Shown here one piece after another: positions 12,682 through 22,983 of a stretch of 64,000 nucleotides of DNA. The DNA is from an uncultured Bacteroidota bacterium (GTDB lineage Bacteria; Bacteroidota; Ignavibacteria; UBA10030; UBA6906): positions 1 to 64,000 of the forward strand of contig CAVOYH010000002.1 in the NCBI GenBank assembly GCA_963700635.1. The letters are read 5' to 3'. The notes under the pieces are model-generated. The model worked only from the letters and a program-made list of their open reading frames with translations. It was not told where the DNA came from and searched no databases. The stretch's first letter is position 1; each line of letters opens with the position of its first letter. Both the position numbers and the translations under genes were made by a program.

Positions 12682-13542
12682 ATGTCCTGCCATTCTCTTC
12701 CAGTGTTTCTCCTCGCGATAGTTGCTGTTATACGTTCCGGACTGCCGGCGTATGCTCAGGATGACTCGACCGGACTCGACCACACGCGCCTGGCTATCGT
12801 TGGCGCCACGACCGCCGCCGGTGTCACCGCAATCCACTTTTATCAACAAAATGCATGGTGGAAAGACCATCGGACAAGCTTTCACGTCCGGGAAGACCTT
12901 TCGTACGCGGGCAATATTGACAAGGTCGGCCATCTCTACGGCGCATCATTGCTTACATTCGTGTTCAGCAAGTCGCTCCAGTGGGCGCATATGCCGGAAT
13001 CCCGATCGCTCGTCTGGGGAGCGATTGGTTCGACCCTCTTTCAGACATACGTGGAAATAGAGGATGGCTTTTCAGAATACTGGGGATTCGACCGGGTTGA
13101 TTATGCCAGCAATCTCGTGGGGGCATGGTACCCTGTCCTCCAGCACCATGTTCCTGTGTTCCAGAATTTCCAGTTCCGGTTCAGCTATTATCCGAAGAAA
13201 ATGGGCGGGCCCTCTGCAATACCGGGTCAGACCAAAACTTTGCTGGATGACTACGAAGGGCAGACCCTCTGGCTGACGATCACCCCGCGGGGGCTTCTGC
13301 CCGAGAACGCCACATGGTGGCCCGATTTTCTGGGTATCGCTGTCGGCGTTTCGGTCCGGGACAACATCAGTCCGGACCGTTACCTGACCTGGTACATTGC
13401 ACCCGATCTGGATATGCGGTATATCATCCCCCGCGACAGCTGGTTTTTGCGGACGCTGGGCGAAGCCTTGAACTTCATTCATTTTCCGATGCCCGCCGTA
13501 CGTATTGCACCGGGCGTGATATGGTATGGACTGTACTTCTAA
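12682..13542 (+). CDS. DUF2279/YfiM-like protein (paralog of 10587-11630)
   Basis: DKVGHLYG, EIEDGFS..WGFD, DDYEGQTLWL, LNFIHFPMPA. Confidence 0.75.
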   Translation: MSCHSLPVFLLAIVAVIRSGLPAYAQDDSTGLDHTRLAIVGATTAAGVTAIHFYQQNAWWKDHRTSFHVREDLSYAGNIDKVGHLYGASLLTFVFSKSLQWAHMPESRSLVWGAIGSTLFQTYVEIEDGFSEYWGFDRVDYASNLVGAWYPVLQHHVPVFQNFQFRFSYYPKKMGGPSAIPGQTKTLLDDYEGQTLWLTITPRGLLPENATWWPDFLGIAVGVSVRDNISPDRYLTWYIAPDLDMRYIIPRDSWFLRTLGEALNFIHFPMPAVRIAPGVIWYGLYF

Positions 13543-13566
13543 TCCGTTTTGAATCAGGAATTGTCT

Positions 13567-15294
13567 ATGACTCCCGTTATGACTCCACATCGACGCGCAC
13601 TAGCACTCTGTTTCCTGGTGATCCTCACGGCTTCTCCGGCCCTTCCTCAGGCTGAGACGGTCCCGGTCTATCATCCCGTCTATTCGTTCCTTAAAAAGAT
13701 GGAGGTGAAAGGAGTGATCGGGCGGTACCACGATGCCGTGTTACCGCTATCGCGCAATGAAGTGGCTGGGCATCTCCGGACCATTCTCGAAAATCAGAAA
13801 AGACTGTCGCCAGCCGAACAGGAATGGATGAGCGACTATCGGTCGGAATTTCAATATGAGTTGACCGGTTCTGTGTCGAATTTTGACGCCCTTGTCAGTG
13901 CTTCGGGCGAAGACACAGACTCCGTGGGCTCCGGGATGCATGCGGGCCGCGAGAGGGTCGCCCTGCTCCATGCCGACAGTCTTGTGACGCTGTTCGTGAA
14001 CGGTCTGGTTGACCTTGACGCCCGGAGGATCTCGGGAGACGGGATGGGGAGCGGCCGCGCGGAATACCTTCAGTTCGGTGCCAGAGCGCGGGGGACTCTG
14101 CTCGGCCATGTGGGATTTTCACTGCAGGTTACGAATGCGCAGTTCTGGGGGAGCCGGGCTTTGCTCGCGCAGGACAGGCACATACGACAGAGTCATGCGC
14201 TCGGTGTTACGAATGCGCAGAATTTTGATTTTGCTGAAGGGTCCGTCCGGTACGATGCGGGTATCATCTCTCTCCAGGTCGGGCGGGAACGTGTGCTCTG
14301 GGGGTCCGGTTACGGGGAGAAGATGACCCTCTCCGACAATCCGCGCGTCTTCGACCACATCCGTACGGACGTGACCTACGGCGCGGTCCGTTACACATTC
14401 CTGCACGCATGGCTGCTCGGCACGGAGCGCGTACTCAGGTTTTCCTTTCCCACAGACACCACTTCACAGTTTGCTGAACCTGTCATAGCAGACAAATATT
14501 TCGCGGCCCATCGTCTGGAGTTGTCATTCCCCGGTGTACTGAGTGTCGGACTTCAGGAAATGGTTGTCTACAGCAATCGCTCGGTAGATCTCGCGTACCT
14601 TTCCCCGCTATCGTTTATCGAGTCGGTACAGCGGTCGCGCGGCGAACGGGATAATGTCTTCTGGGCGTTTGATGTGAAGACCAATTTTCTCCGGGACCTG
14701 CAGTTCACTGCGACCTTGATGTACGATGACATCAACATTCCCGACCTGTTTTCAGAAAAATGGAGTGACCGCTATGCATGGCAGGCCGGCGTCTACTATG
14801 CCGACCCGTTTACGCTCAAAAACACGAGTCTCATCGTTGAGTACACCCGGGTAGAGCCGTATGTCTTCAGCCACGGGCGATCACGGGACAACAGTGTTAC
14901 GAGTCTCGGAGTGCTCCTCGGACCCGCTGTTCCGCCGAACGGCGATTCCTGGTTTGTACGATTGGATTATGCCCCTGAACGGAACCTCAGTTTCAGCGCG
15001 CGTGTTCTATTAGTGCGGCATGGCTCCAACGTTCGTGATTCTACCGGTGCCGTATCGCGGAATGTCGGGGGAGACGTGCTGTTTCCGCACCGCGATGGGA
15101 AAGATGGCGAAACCAAGCTCTTTTTGGATGGAAATGTCACCAACACCCGCCGGATTGAAGTGGCTGCGAGCTGGGAGATCTTCAATCAATGCTGGCTTGA
15201 GGGTTTGTACAGGTTGGACGCAGCAGAGGTTTCCGGCTCAGGACTCAAGAGTACCGACCGTTTTGTAGATTTCCGGCTCCGGTTCGAACTATGA
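13567..15294 (+). CDS. Capsule assembly Wzi-family outer-membrane protein
   Basis: Signal peptide, GRERVLWGSG..LSDN, KYFAAHRLE, YLSP, EYTRVEPYVFSH, LG...PNGD. Confidence 0.7.
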   Translation: MTPVMTPHRRALALCFLVILTASPALPQAETVPVYHPVYSFLKKMEVKGVIGRYHDAVLPLSRNEVAGHLRTILENQKRLSPAEQEWMSDYRSEFQYELTGSVSNFDALVSASGEDTDSVGSGMHAGRERVALLHADSLVTLFVNGLVDLDARRISGDGMGSGRAEYLQFGARARGTLLGHVGFSLQVTNAQFWGSRALLAQDRHIRQSHALGVTNAQNFDFAEGSVRYDAGIISLQVGRERVLWGSGYGEKMTLSDNPRVFDHIRTDVTYGAVRYTFLHAWLLGTERVLRFSFPTDTTSQFAEPVIADKYFAAHRLELSFPGVLSVGLQEMVVYSNRSVDLAYLSPLSFIESVQRSRGERDNVFWAFDVKTNFLRDLQFTATLMYDDINIPDLFSEKWSDRYAWQAGVYYADPFTLKNTSLIVEYTRVEPYVFSHGRSRDNSVTSLGVLLGPAVPPNGDSWFVRLDYAPERNLSFSARVLLVRHGSNVRDSTGAVSRNVGGDVLFPHRDGKDGETKLFLDGNVTNTRRIEVAASWEIFNQCWLEGLYRLDAAEVSGSGLKSTDRFVDFRLRFEL

Positions 15295-15370
15295 TGATGT
15301 TGCTCCATCCCATTCAGACTTTTTTGTTCAACCATATTACTATCCACACCACCACCACTCCGAGGACCCC

Positions 15371-15841
15371 ATGCCGCTGACAGTAGGTCAAACCGCACCC
15401 GAATTCACCCTTTATGACACAGAGCGCAAGCCGCGCACGCTGAAGGAATTTCTCGGCAAAAAAACCGTCGTGCTTTTTTATCCGGGCGCATTCACAGGCG
15501 CCTGCACAAAAGAAGTGTGCGCGATCCGGGATGCGCTGTCGGCGTTTAACTCTCTCGATGCAAAAGTGATCGGCATCAGCGTGGACTCGCCCTTTGCGAA
15601 CAAGGCCTTTGCGGACGCCAACAAACTGACATTTCCTCTGCTGAGTGACTACACTCATGAGGTCAGCAGGAAATACGCAGGGGAGTATGACGGCTTTGCG
15701 GGATTGCCCGGATATCTTGCCGCGAAACGATCGGTGTTTGTGCTTGACGCCAAAGGTGTTGTGAAGTACACATGGCTCACCGAGGCGCCGGCCAACGAGC
15801 CACCCTATGAAGAGATACAGAACGCACTCAAGGCATTCTAA
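15371..15841 (+). CDS. AhpC/TSA-family peroxiredoxin
   Basis: FYPGAFTGACTKEVC, GISVDS, FPLLSD. Confidence 0.9.
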   Translation: MPLTVGQTAPEFTLYDTERKPRTLKEFLGKKTVVLFYPGAFTGACTKEVCAIRDALSAFNSLDAKVIGISVDSPFANKAFADANKLTFPLLSDYTHEVSRKYAGEYDGFAGLPGYLAAKRSVFVLDAKGVVKYTWLTEAPANEPPYEEIQNALKAF

Positions 15842-15846
15842 TCACC

Positions 15847-16314
15847 ATGGCCACACTTAAGGTTGGATCGGCTGCACCTGACTTTTCCCTCCCGACGGAA
15901 AGCGGAAAGACTCTTTCGCTCAAGGATCTAAAAGGCGGAAAGATTGTCCTGTACTTCTATCCGAAGGACAATACTTCCGGGTGCACGAAGGAGGCCTGTG
16001 CCTTTAATGAGAATCTCGCCCGGGTGAAGAAAAAGGGCGCAACAGTGGTGGGCGTCAGTCCGGACAGTATCGCCTCGCACACGAAGTTCATCGGCAAGTA
16101 CGATCTCTCCTTTCCCCTCTTGAGTGATGAATCAAAGGGGATGCTCAAGAAGTACGGTGTCTGGAAAGAGAAAAGTATGTACGGCCGCAAGTACATGGGC
16201 GTTGAGCGGACGACCTTTATCATTGACGAACGCGGAGTCATCACACACATTTTTCCAAAAGTAAAAGTCGACGGGCACGTGGATGAAGTCCTTGCCGCCC
16301 TCGACAACTCTTAA
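15847..16314 (+). CDS. bcp: Thioredoxin-dependent thiol peroxidase BCP
   Basis: YFYPKDNTSGCTKEAC, GVERTTFIIDE, KVKVDGH. Confidence 0.92.
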   Translation: MATLKVGSAAPDFSLPTESGKTLSLKDLKGGKIVLYFYPKDNTSGCTKEACAFNENLARVKKKGATVVGVSPDSIASHTKFIGKYDLSFPLLSDESKGMLKKYGVWKEKSMYGRKYMGVERTTFIIDERGVITHIFPKVKVDGHVDEVLAALDNS

Positions 16315-16340
16315 ATCCCAATTTCGGATACGTAAGTCTT

Positions 16341-16748
16341 ATGGTCTATATTACTCGTAAAGCGCATTTCGCTGCCGCGCACAGGTTGTACAATCCTGCA
16401 TGGAGCGATGAAAAGAACGGACAGGTGTTTGGGAAATGTAACAACCCGAACGGTCACGGCCACAACTACAACATCGAAGTCACTGTGGCCGGAAACCCGC
16501 CCGCAGACACCGGAATGGTCATCGATCTGAAAAAGCTTGCCGAGATCGTGGACCGGGAGCTGATTGAGGAGGTGGACCACAAGCACCTGAATCTGGATGT
16601 GGACTTTCTGAAAGGCGTCATACCCACGGCGGAAAACATGGCGGTGGCATTCTGGAAGGTCCTGGAGTCAAAAATTCCGAACGGAAAGTTGTACTCCATC
16701 AAACTGTACGAATCGGACAATAATCTTGTAGAATACCGCGGAGAGTAA
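16341..16748 (+). CDS. 6-pyruvoyl-tetrahydropterin synthase family protein (PTPS/QueD fold, CX5HGH type)
   Basis: FAAAHRL, GKCNNPNGHGHNY, TGMVIDL, DHKHLN, TAEN. Confidence 0.9.
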   Translation: MVYITRKAHFAAAHRLYNPAWSDEKNGQVFGKCNNPNGHGHNYNIEVTVAGNPPADTGMVIDLKKLAEIVDRELIEEVDHKHLNLDVDFLKGVIPTAENMAVAFWKVLESKIPNGKLYSIKLYESDNNLVEYRGE

Positions 16749-17336
16749 TTGGAAAAGGACGCAGTGGCAGCAAAACGGGCTCATATGGAACATCTGGTCG
16801 AGCAGCTTCTGACCGACATCGGCGAGGATACGAAGCGCGAAGGTCTTCTCAGAACCCCGCACAGAGTGGCAAAAGCCTATGAATTTCTGATGAAGGGGTA
16901 TCGTGAGGATATTCAGAAGGTCCTGAATGGCGCCATCTTCAACGAGAAATACAACGAGATGGTGATAGTGAAGGACATTGATTTTTTCAGCATGTGCGAG
17001 CATCATATGCTCCCGTTTTACGGGAGGGCGCATGTTGCGTACATTCCGAACGGCAAGATCCTCGGGCTCAGCAAAATCCCGCGCATCGTGGAGGTGTTCA
17101 GCCGGCGGATGCAGGTGCAGGAGAGGCTTACGCAACAGATTGCGGAAACATTGTTCGAGGCACTGACTCCGGAAGGCGTGGGTGTGGTCGTGGAAGCCCG
17201 GCACATGTGCATGATGATGCGCGGGGTTGAAAAGCAGAACTCTCTTGCGACCACGAGTGCCATGCTGGGTGTTTTCCGGGAAGACGTGAAAACACGCGGC
17301 GAATTCCTTCATCTTATCGAAAGTAACCTGAGTTAA
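16749..17336 (+). CDS. folE: GTP cyclohydrolase I
   Basis: [47 protein letters not shown]. Confidence 0.96.
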   Translation: MEKDAVAAKRAHMEHLVEQLLTDIGEDTKREGLLRTPHRVAKAYEFLMKGYREDIQKVLNGAIFNEKYNEMVIVKDIDFFSMCEHHMLPFYGRAHVAYIPNGKILGLSKIPRIVEVFSRRMQVQERLTQQIAETLFEALTPEGVGVVVEARHMCMMMRGVEKQNSLATTSAMLGVFREDVKTRGEFLHLIESNLS

Positions 17337-18040
17337 TGGGACATCTGGACGGAAAAGTCGCAATCGTGACAGGTGGCAGCAAGGGGATCGGCCGGGGGAT
17401 CGGGCTGGCGCTTGCCGGAGAAGGTGCAAAAGTGGTCCTTTCGGCACGGGGAAATGACGAACTCCAGCGCGCGGTAGCGGAAATGCGCCGGGACAAACTG
17501 GAAGTGACGGGTATCCAGGCCGATGTGAGCCGGGAAGAAGACGTACAACGGTTGATCGAAGGTGCAGTGAAGACGTACGGCCGGCTGGATATTCTTGTGA
17601 ACAATGCGGGAGTGGGATTTTTTAAGCCGGTGACGGAGTTGTCCGTTGAGGAATTTGACACGATGTGGGGTACGAATGTGCGGGGGGTTTTCCTCATGAC
17701 GAAAGCCGCGATCCCGCATCTCCAGCGTGCCGGAGGGGGGGATATCGTGCACATTGCCTCGCTTGCCGGCAAAAACATCTTCAAAAACGGATCGGGGTAT
17801 TGCGCGACGAAGTGGGCCCTGCGAGGTTTTGCGGGTTCGATGATGCTGGATGTTCGGGAACACAATATCCGGACGATCACCATCTGTCCGGGATCGGTCG
17901 AAACCGCATTCTCTTCGACCGGCAAAAAGGGGTCAAACATTCCTCAGGCGGAGGATGTTGCGAGTGCGGTGGTTTTCGCTGTGACAGCGGATGGGCGCGC
18001 AATGTTCAGTGAAATTGATCTCCGGCCAACGAATCCGTGA
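17336..18040 (+). CDS. SDR-family oxidoreductase
   Basis: TGGSKGIG, NNAG, YCATK; start overlaps the folE stop. Confidence 0.9.
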   Translation: MGHLDGKVAIVTGGSKGIGRGIGLALAGEGAKVVLSARGNDELQRAVAEMRRDKLEVTGIQADVSREEDVQRLIEGAVKTYGRLDILVNNAGVGFFKPVTELSVEEFDTMWGTNVRGVFLMTKAAIPHLQRAGGGDIVHIASLAGKNIFKNGSGYCATKWALRGFAGSMMLDVREHNIRTITICPGSVETAFSSTGKKGSNIPQAEDVASAVVFAVTADGRAMFSEIDLRPTNP

Positions 18041-18080
18041 CGCCACTCCCTGGCATTTCCTTGTCTTTTCCCCAAGTAGG

Positions 18081-18109
18081 TTGACACTCTGTGGCAAATG
18101 ATGTAGGTT
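18081..18109 (+). promoter_or_regulatory. sigma70-like promoter
   Basis: TTGACA-17 bp-TAGGTT upstream of the sensor kinase. Confidence 0.45.
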
Positions 18110-18157
18110 TAATGTAGTTCGAGTCCACGGCAAAAGGTCTCCGATTGCGAGGTAACC

Positions 18158-19597
18158 ATGGGGTGGATGGCCTTAAAATGCGCGGAGGTTGTTGTATTGT
18201 GCTCAGAGATGCAAGCTGTATCTCCACGAAGTATTTCTGCTTATCTCGTCTCTCCTCTCATACTGCACTATCCGTCAATCGACCACTACTCACCATCTCA
18301 GACGATCACGGTGAATGGGATTGGAGTTCTGATCCGTGCCGCTGGCGCCCTGTTCATAGCGGCGGCGGTGGACTATCTGAGGATGTTCGTTCCTTTGCAT
18401 CGGCAAGCAGCTGCTGCCGGAACGGTGCTGATCCTGACGGGATTGATGCCGTATCTTGGAATGATTCTCAACCGGTGGCGCCGAACTCAGGTGGGCTGGC
18501 GGCTAAAACTGAAAACGAACAGGAAGCCCTATGAAGGGCCGCACTGTTTTCAGGTTCTGATGGAGAGTGTGATTGATGCGATAGTGATTTGTGACGATGC
18601 TTGGCGGGTCGTGGGCCTGAACACCAGGGCGGTCGATATGAGTGGTTACTCCCGGGCAGAGATACTCACCATGACATTCCCTCAGCTCTGCACACCGGAA
18701 ATAGGGCCGATTCTCGACAGGATCGGGGAGCAACTGACGTGGACCGGTAGCGCGGATGCTGAAATAACCCAGCGACGGAAGGACGGATCGCTCCTGAATC
18801 TGGAGACCAGCTTCCGGGTCATGGAAGCCGAAGGGAAGAAGTTGCGGCTCGCTATCGTGTGCGATCTTACCGAACGACTACAATTCCAGTATGAACTGGA
18901 ACGCTCCAGGGATCTCCTGGAAAGAGCCCAATGGTCGCTCCACACCGCCCGGGAAGACGAACGTGCCGCCATTGGGCGCGAACTCCACGATGATCTTGGT
19001 CAGCTCATCGCCGGGGTCAAGCTTGATATTGTCCTTCTCGAGCGGAACACGGTTCCAGCGATCCTCCCTGGCCGTCGACTCGACTTTGTGCGCAATATCG
19101 TAGCGATATGCAGGACCATTGACGGATGCGTTCAGTCTCTTCGCAATATCGTCAAAGATCTCCGTCCGACCATTCTCAGCACGGTCGCCCTGGAAGCATC
19201 TCTCGAGTTGAGCGGAGCGGAATTTACGAGACAGACCGGTGTTTCTTGCCGAGTGGATGTAATCCGGCCGCCCAAAGAAATCTCTTCTGAACATTCGACG
19301 GTTATTCGCCATATGTTTCAGGAGCTGCTTACGAATGTTAGGAAACATGCGAAGGCTTCGTCCGTGGAAGCGTCGCTTTTTTTCGGGGATGAAGAGATCA
19401 GATTTGAGGTTAAAGACAACGGTTGCGGATTTGACGCGAGTAGACCATCTTCTCCTGATTCCTTTGGGCTTCGGGGGATCCGCGAAACAGCGATGAGACT
19501 CAGTGGGACAATGAACGTGAGAAGTCAAATCGGGGAAGGAACAACGGTAGTCATAGGAATGCCTCTTCACGCGCGACAGGTATTGACTAAAAAATGA
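18158..19597 (+). CDS. PAS-domain sensor histidine kinase (HisKA_3/NarX type)
   Basis: EDERAAIGRELHDDLGQ, LRPTIL, QELLTNVRKHA, DNGCGF, FGLRGIRE. Confidence 0.9.
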   Translation: MGWMALKCAEVVVLCSEMQAVSPRSISAYLVSPLILHYPSIDHYSPSQTITVNGIGVLIRAAGALFIAAAVDYLRMFVPLHRQAAAAGTVLILTGLMPYLGMILNRWRRTQVGWRLKLKTNRKPYEGPHCFQVLMESVIDAIVICDDAWRVVGLNTRAVDMSGYSRAEILTMTFPQLCTPEIGPILDRIGEQLTWTGSADAEITQRRKDGSLLNLETSFRVMEAEGKKLRLAIVCDLTERLQFQYELERSRDLLERAQWSLHTAREDERAAIGRELHDDLGQLIAGVKLDIVLLERNTVPAILPGRRLDFVRNIVAICRTIDGCVQSLRNIVKDLRPTILSTVALEASLELSGAEFTRQTGVSCRVDVIRPPKEISSEHSTVIRHMFQELLTNVRKHAKASSVEASLFFGDEEIRFEVKDNGCGFDASRPSSPDSFGLRGIRETAMRLSGTMNVRSQIGEGTTVVIGMPLHARQVLTKK

Positions 19598-19609
19598 TTG
19601 GGGGCCGAT

Positions 19610-20251
19610 ATGATTAACGTGTACATTGCCGATGATCATCCTATCATCCGCGAAGGTTTGAAGACCCTGGTAAACGGGGAGCCCGATATGAGAATTTCGG
19701 GTGAGGCTGCATCCAGCGTGGAGCTGCTGGAGCGGATTTCGTCATCCAAGGCGGACGTTCTCGTCTTGGATCTGAACATGCCGGAGCACCCCGGGCTCGA
19801 GACCTTGCAGAAAGTCAGAGCGTCAATGCCCAAACTGCATGTCCTGATTCTCACTATCAACCCTGTGGACTACCTTGCTGTTCGAACACTTCGATCAGGT
19901 GCCGCAGGATATATTACCAAGGAGGCTGCATCGGAGGAGCTGCTCAGAGCCATCAGAAAGGTCGCAAGTGGTGGACGGTATGTCAGTTCTGATCTCGCTG
20001 AGCATCTTGCTGGTGTCCTTGACCTCACCGCTGACAACCCGCCACATGAATCACTGTCCGACCGCGAATATGAGGTGTTTTTAATGATTGCGGGGGGAAA
20101 AACAGGGGCTGAGATCGCCGATGCACTGGGGATCAGTCCCTCAACTGTTAATACTTATCGAATTCGTTTGATGGACAAAATGGGCATGTCTTCATCTTTG
20201 GAACTCATGCATTACGCGGTTAGCAACGGCCTTATAAAATCTCCCAAATGA
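19610..20251 (+). CDS. NarL/UvrY-family response regulator
   Basis: ADDHPIIREG, LDLNMP, LSDREYEV..IADALGISPSTVNTYR. Confidence 0.92.
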   Translation: MINVYIADDHPIIREGLKTLVNGEPDMRISGEAASSVELLERISSSKADVLVLDLNMPEHPGLETLQKVRASMPKLHVLILTINPVDYLAVRTLRSGAAGYITKEAASEELLRAIRKVASGGRYVSSDLAEHLAGVLDLTADNPPHESLSDREYEVFLMIAGGKTGAEIADALGISPSTVNTYRIRLMDKMGMSSSLELMHYAVSNGLIKSPK

Positions 20252-20586
20252 TCATCGCGGGCCAGTTTCCCCTCGACTACCTGTCGTAGATTTTGGTACA
20301 TAAATCGCAGGTATTCTGCTCTACTCGGTTTCCCCCAAAAGTGGTACAGTACCTCAGTGGGAAAGGTGAAAGTCGCGTGACGACGGTCACATCTGTCCTC
20401 ATCGTGCACGACGCATTTTGCCGTTCGTGATCATCCATGCCGGATGACGGGATCACTTTGTCATGGGGACGTTCTCCGGCAGTCAGGGGGATGTCAGGAT
20501 GGCAGCCCAAGGCTCGGGTTTGGGTACGCAGTAAGTGGGGCCTGCTCACGGGTCAACCTTCATTCTTACGTTTAGAGAACAGAACT

Positions 20587-22983
20587 ATGGTACCCTTTGA
20601 TCACGATGTATCCCGGAAGGACAAAGTGTCGGTCCTCATCGTGGAGGATGAGGCGCTTATCGCTGCCGATGTGAGCATGCGCCTCCGATCCGAAGGCTAC
20701 AGGATCCTTGGTCCCGTGGCCTCGGGAGCTGAGGCAATCCACCTCGTTTCCACCGAAAAGCCCGACGTCATTCTTATGGATATCCGAATTAAGGGCGATA
20801 TGGATGGGATTGCCACTGCGGAGCAGATTCTGAAGGAACATGATATCCCTGTGGTCTTTGCAACGTCGTATACTGATCAGTCAACGCTAGATCGCGCCAA
20901 CGCCGTTAATCCGGAAGCGATCTTGTTCAAACCGCATGATGAGAAAGAAATGCGGACGGCAATATACCTTGCTCTCCAGCGACACCGCATGCACCGTATG
21001 ATTCGCGAGAGTGAGCTCCGGTACAGGGAATTATTCGAAAGTAACATTGCTGGCGTGTACCGGACAACGCTCAAAGGTAATATGGTTGACTGTAATCTCG
21101 CCATGGCGAGAATTCTGGGTTTCGAAAAGACTGAGGATGTAATGAACCACGCGATGAGCGAGTTCTATGCCAATCCAATCGACCGGGATTCGCTTATTCG
21201 AGAACTGCGGGCGAACGGAAAGATTGTTGAACAAGAAGTGTTGTTGAGACGACGGGATGGCGAAACGATATGGGTAAGCCTCAATCTCATCGTTCGCCAG
21301 AACGATACGATGGTGGGAACCGCGCTCGACATTTCGGGTCGGAAAGCCCTCGAGGGGCGGCTTGCTGACCAACTCCTTTTTCACCAGAAGCTCCTGGATA
21401 CCATTCCGGTTGCCGTATTTTCCCGTGATACCGAAGGATTGTACACAGGATGCAACTCCACCTTTGAGAAATTCTTCAATCGACCGCGGGAAGAGGTCGT
21501 CGGGAGAAGCATTGCTCAGGTCTCGGCGGACAAATACGCAAGAGTCTTTGAGCAATCTGATGCGCGCGTCGTTGAAACCGCCACTGCTGAGGTCTTTGAG
21601 GCCCTTACTCTCGATGGAAAAGGCGTAGAGCGCCCGGTTGAAATACATAAGGCGGCATTGCGCGATACGAATGGTCGTGTGCAGGGCATTGTTGGGGTTA
21701 TCGTTGACCTCACTGGCCGGAAGCAAGCTGAGACGGCGTTGCGGGCGAGCGAAGAAAAATTCCGCTTGATCTCAGATAATGTGCACGATGTGATCATCTT
21801 GTGTACGCCTGTGGGTGATCTTGTATATGTCAGCCCCTCGGTACGCCAGTTCGGCTACAATCCAGCAGATATTTTGGGGCAACCGATTGGTGATTTTATC
21901 CACCCCGAGGATGCGAGCTCCTTCGATCAAGGTTTCCAGCGTGCCGCCAGGACACAAGAAAGCCTGGTCATTCAAGCCCGGGCGCGGGACCTGACGCGGG
22001 GATGGCGGACAATTGAATCTTCGATGAGTCAATTGGTGAGCGATAAGGGGTTGCTGATACTCGGGGTGTTTCGTGACATTAGTGACCGTCTCCTCCAGGC
22101 TGAAGAAATGCGAAACCGGAACACGGAACTGGAAAGAGCCGTCGCCCTGCTGCAGCAGACCCAAGACTCGCTGGTACAATCGGAAAAGCTCGCATCCATC
22201 GGGCAGCTCACGGCCGGTATTGCACATGAGATCAACAATCCCCTTGCTTTTGTCGCAAGCAACCTGAACCGCTTCGAAGAATATTTTGATGACATGCAGA
22301 ATCTTCTAGGCGCTTGGGACGTTCTGGGATCCTCGATCTCTCCCGGGGGGACGGTTAACGGGATGCTGACCCGGATTCGGGAGGAGGAAAAGAGGATTGA
22401 CCTTGGGTTTATTAAGGAGGATTTCCGGCGGTTGCTGGATCACACGCGCGATGGCGCGGAGCGGATCAAGATCATCGTGCAGCAGTTACGCGGATTTACA
22501 CACATGGCGGGCAAAACTGTCGTGGAGGTTGACCTGAATAATGCTCTGGAAGAGACGATTACTCTCACGTGGAACGAATTAAAATACAAGGCTGACGTCG
22601 TACGTGAATTTGGGGTTATCCCGCTGGTGTCGTGCAATGCAGGAGAAATCAAGCAAGTGCTCGTGAATCTGATTGTGAACGCGGGACATGCGCTGGGTGA
22701 AAAGGGTACGATCACGTTGCGTACACGTGCCGAGGAGAACCACAACATTGTGGAGGTGGAGGATAGCGGCCACGGCATTCCGCAGGATATCATTAACAAT
22801 GTTTTTGACCCATTTTTTACTACGAAGCCGGTAGGAGAGGGGACAGGTCTCGGTCTCTGGATCTCTTCCACAATCATGCGAAAACACAATGGGAGCTTGT
22901 CGGTTCGGAGTGAAGTTGGCAAGGGTTCGGTTTTCACCTTGAGCTTGCCCCTCCAGCAACAGGACACGCCGCAGGAGGCATAG
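20587..22983 (+). CDS. REC-PAS-PAS-PAS histidine kinase
   Basis: VEDE..MDIRIKG receiver domain, three PAS blocks, QSEKLASIGQLTAGIAHEINNP, FFTTKPVGEGTGLGL. Confidence 0.92.
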   Translation: MVPFDHDVSRKDKVSVLIVEDEALIAADVSMRLRSEGYRILGPVASGAEAIHLVSTEKPDVILMDIRIKGDMDGIATAEQILKEHDIPVVFATSYTDQSTLDRANAVNPEAILFKPHDEKEMRTAIYLALQRHRMHRMIRESELRYRELFESNIAGVYRTTLKGNMVDCNLAMARILGFEKTEDVMNHAMSEFYANPIDRDSLIRELRANGKIVEQEVLLRRRDGETIWVSLNLIVRQNDTMVGTALDISGRKALEGRLADQLLFHQKLLDTIPVAVFSRDTEGLYTGCNSTFEKFFNRPREEVVGRSIAQVSADKYARVFEQSDARVVETATAEVFEALTLDGKGVERPVEIHKAALRDTNGRVQGIVGVIVDLTGRKQAETALRASEEKFRLISDNVHDVIILCTPVGDLVYVSPSVRQFGYNPADILGQPIGDFIHPEDASSFDQGFQRAARTQESLVIQARARDLTRGWRTIESSMSQLVSDKGLLILGVFRDISDRLLQAEEMRNRNTELERAVALLQQTQDSLVQSEKLASIGQLTAGIAHEINNPLAFVASNLNRFEEYFDDMQNLLGAWDVLGSSISPGGTVNGMLTRIREEEKRIDLGFIKEDFRRLLDHTRDGAERIKIIVQQLRGFTHMAGKTVVEVDLNNALEETITLTWNELKYKADVVREFGVIPLVSCNAGEIKQVLVNLIVNAGHALGEKGTITLRTRAEENHNIVEVEDSGHGIPQDIINNVFDPFFTTKPVGEGTGLGLWISSTIMRKHNGSLSVRSEVGKGSVFTLSLPLQQQDTPQEA

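Noticed and set aside
18640-18651. GAGTGGTTACTC matching the arm-type repeat near tRNA-Ser
   Set aside because: Single copy inside the kinase coding region; likely chance.
20251-20587. c-di-GMP riboswitch in the long leader of the hybrid kinase
   Set aside because: Neither class I nor class II consensus could be matched by eye; needs an Rfam scan.
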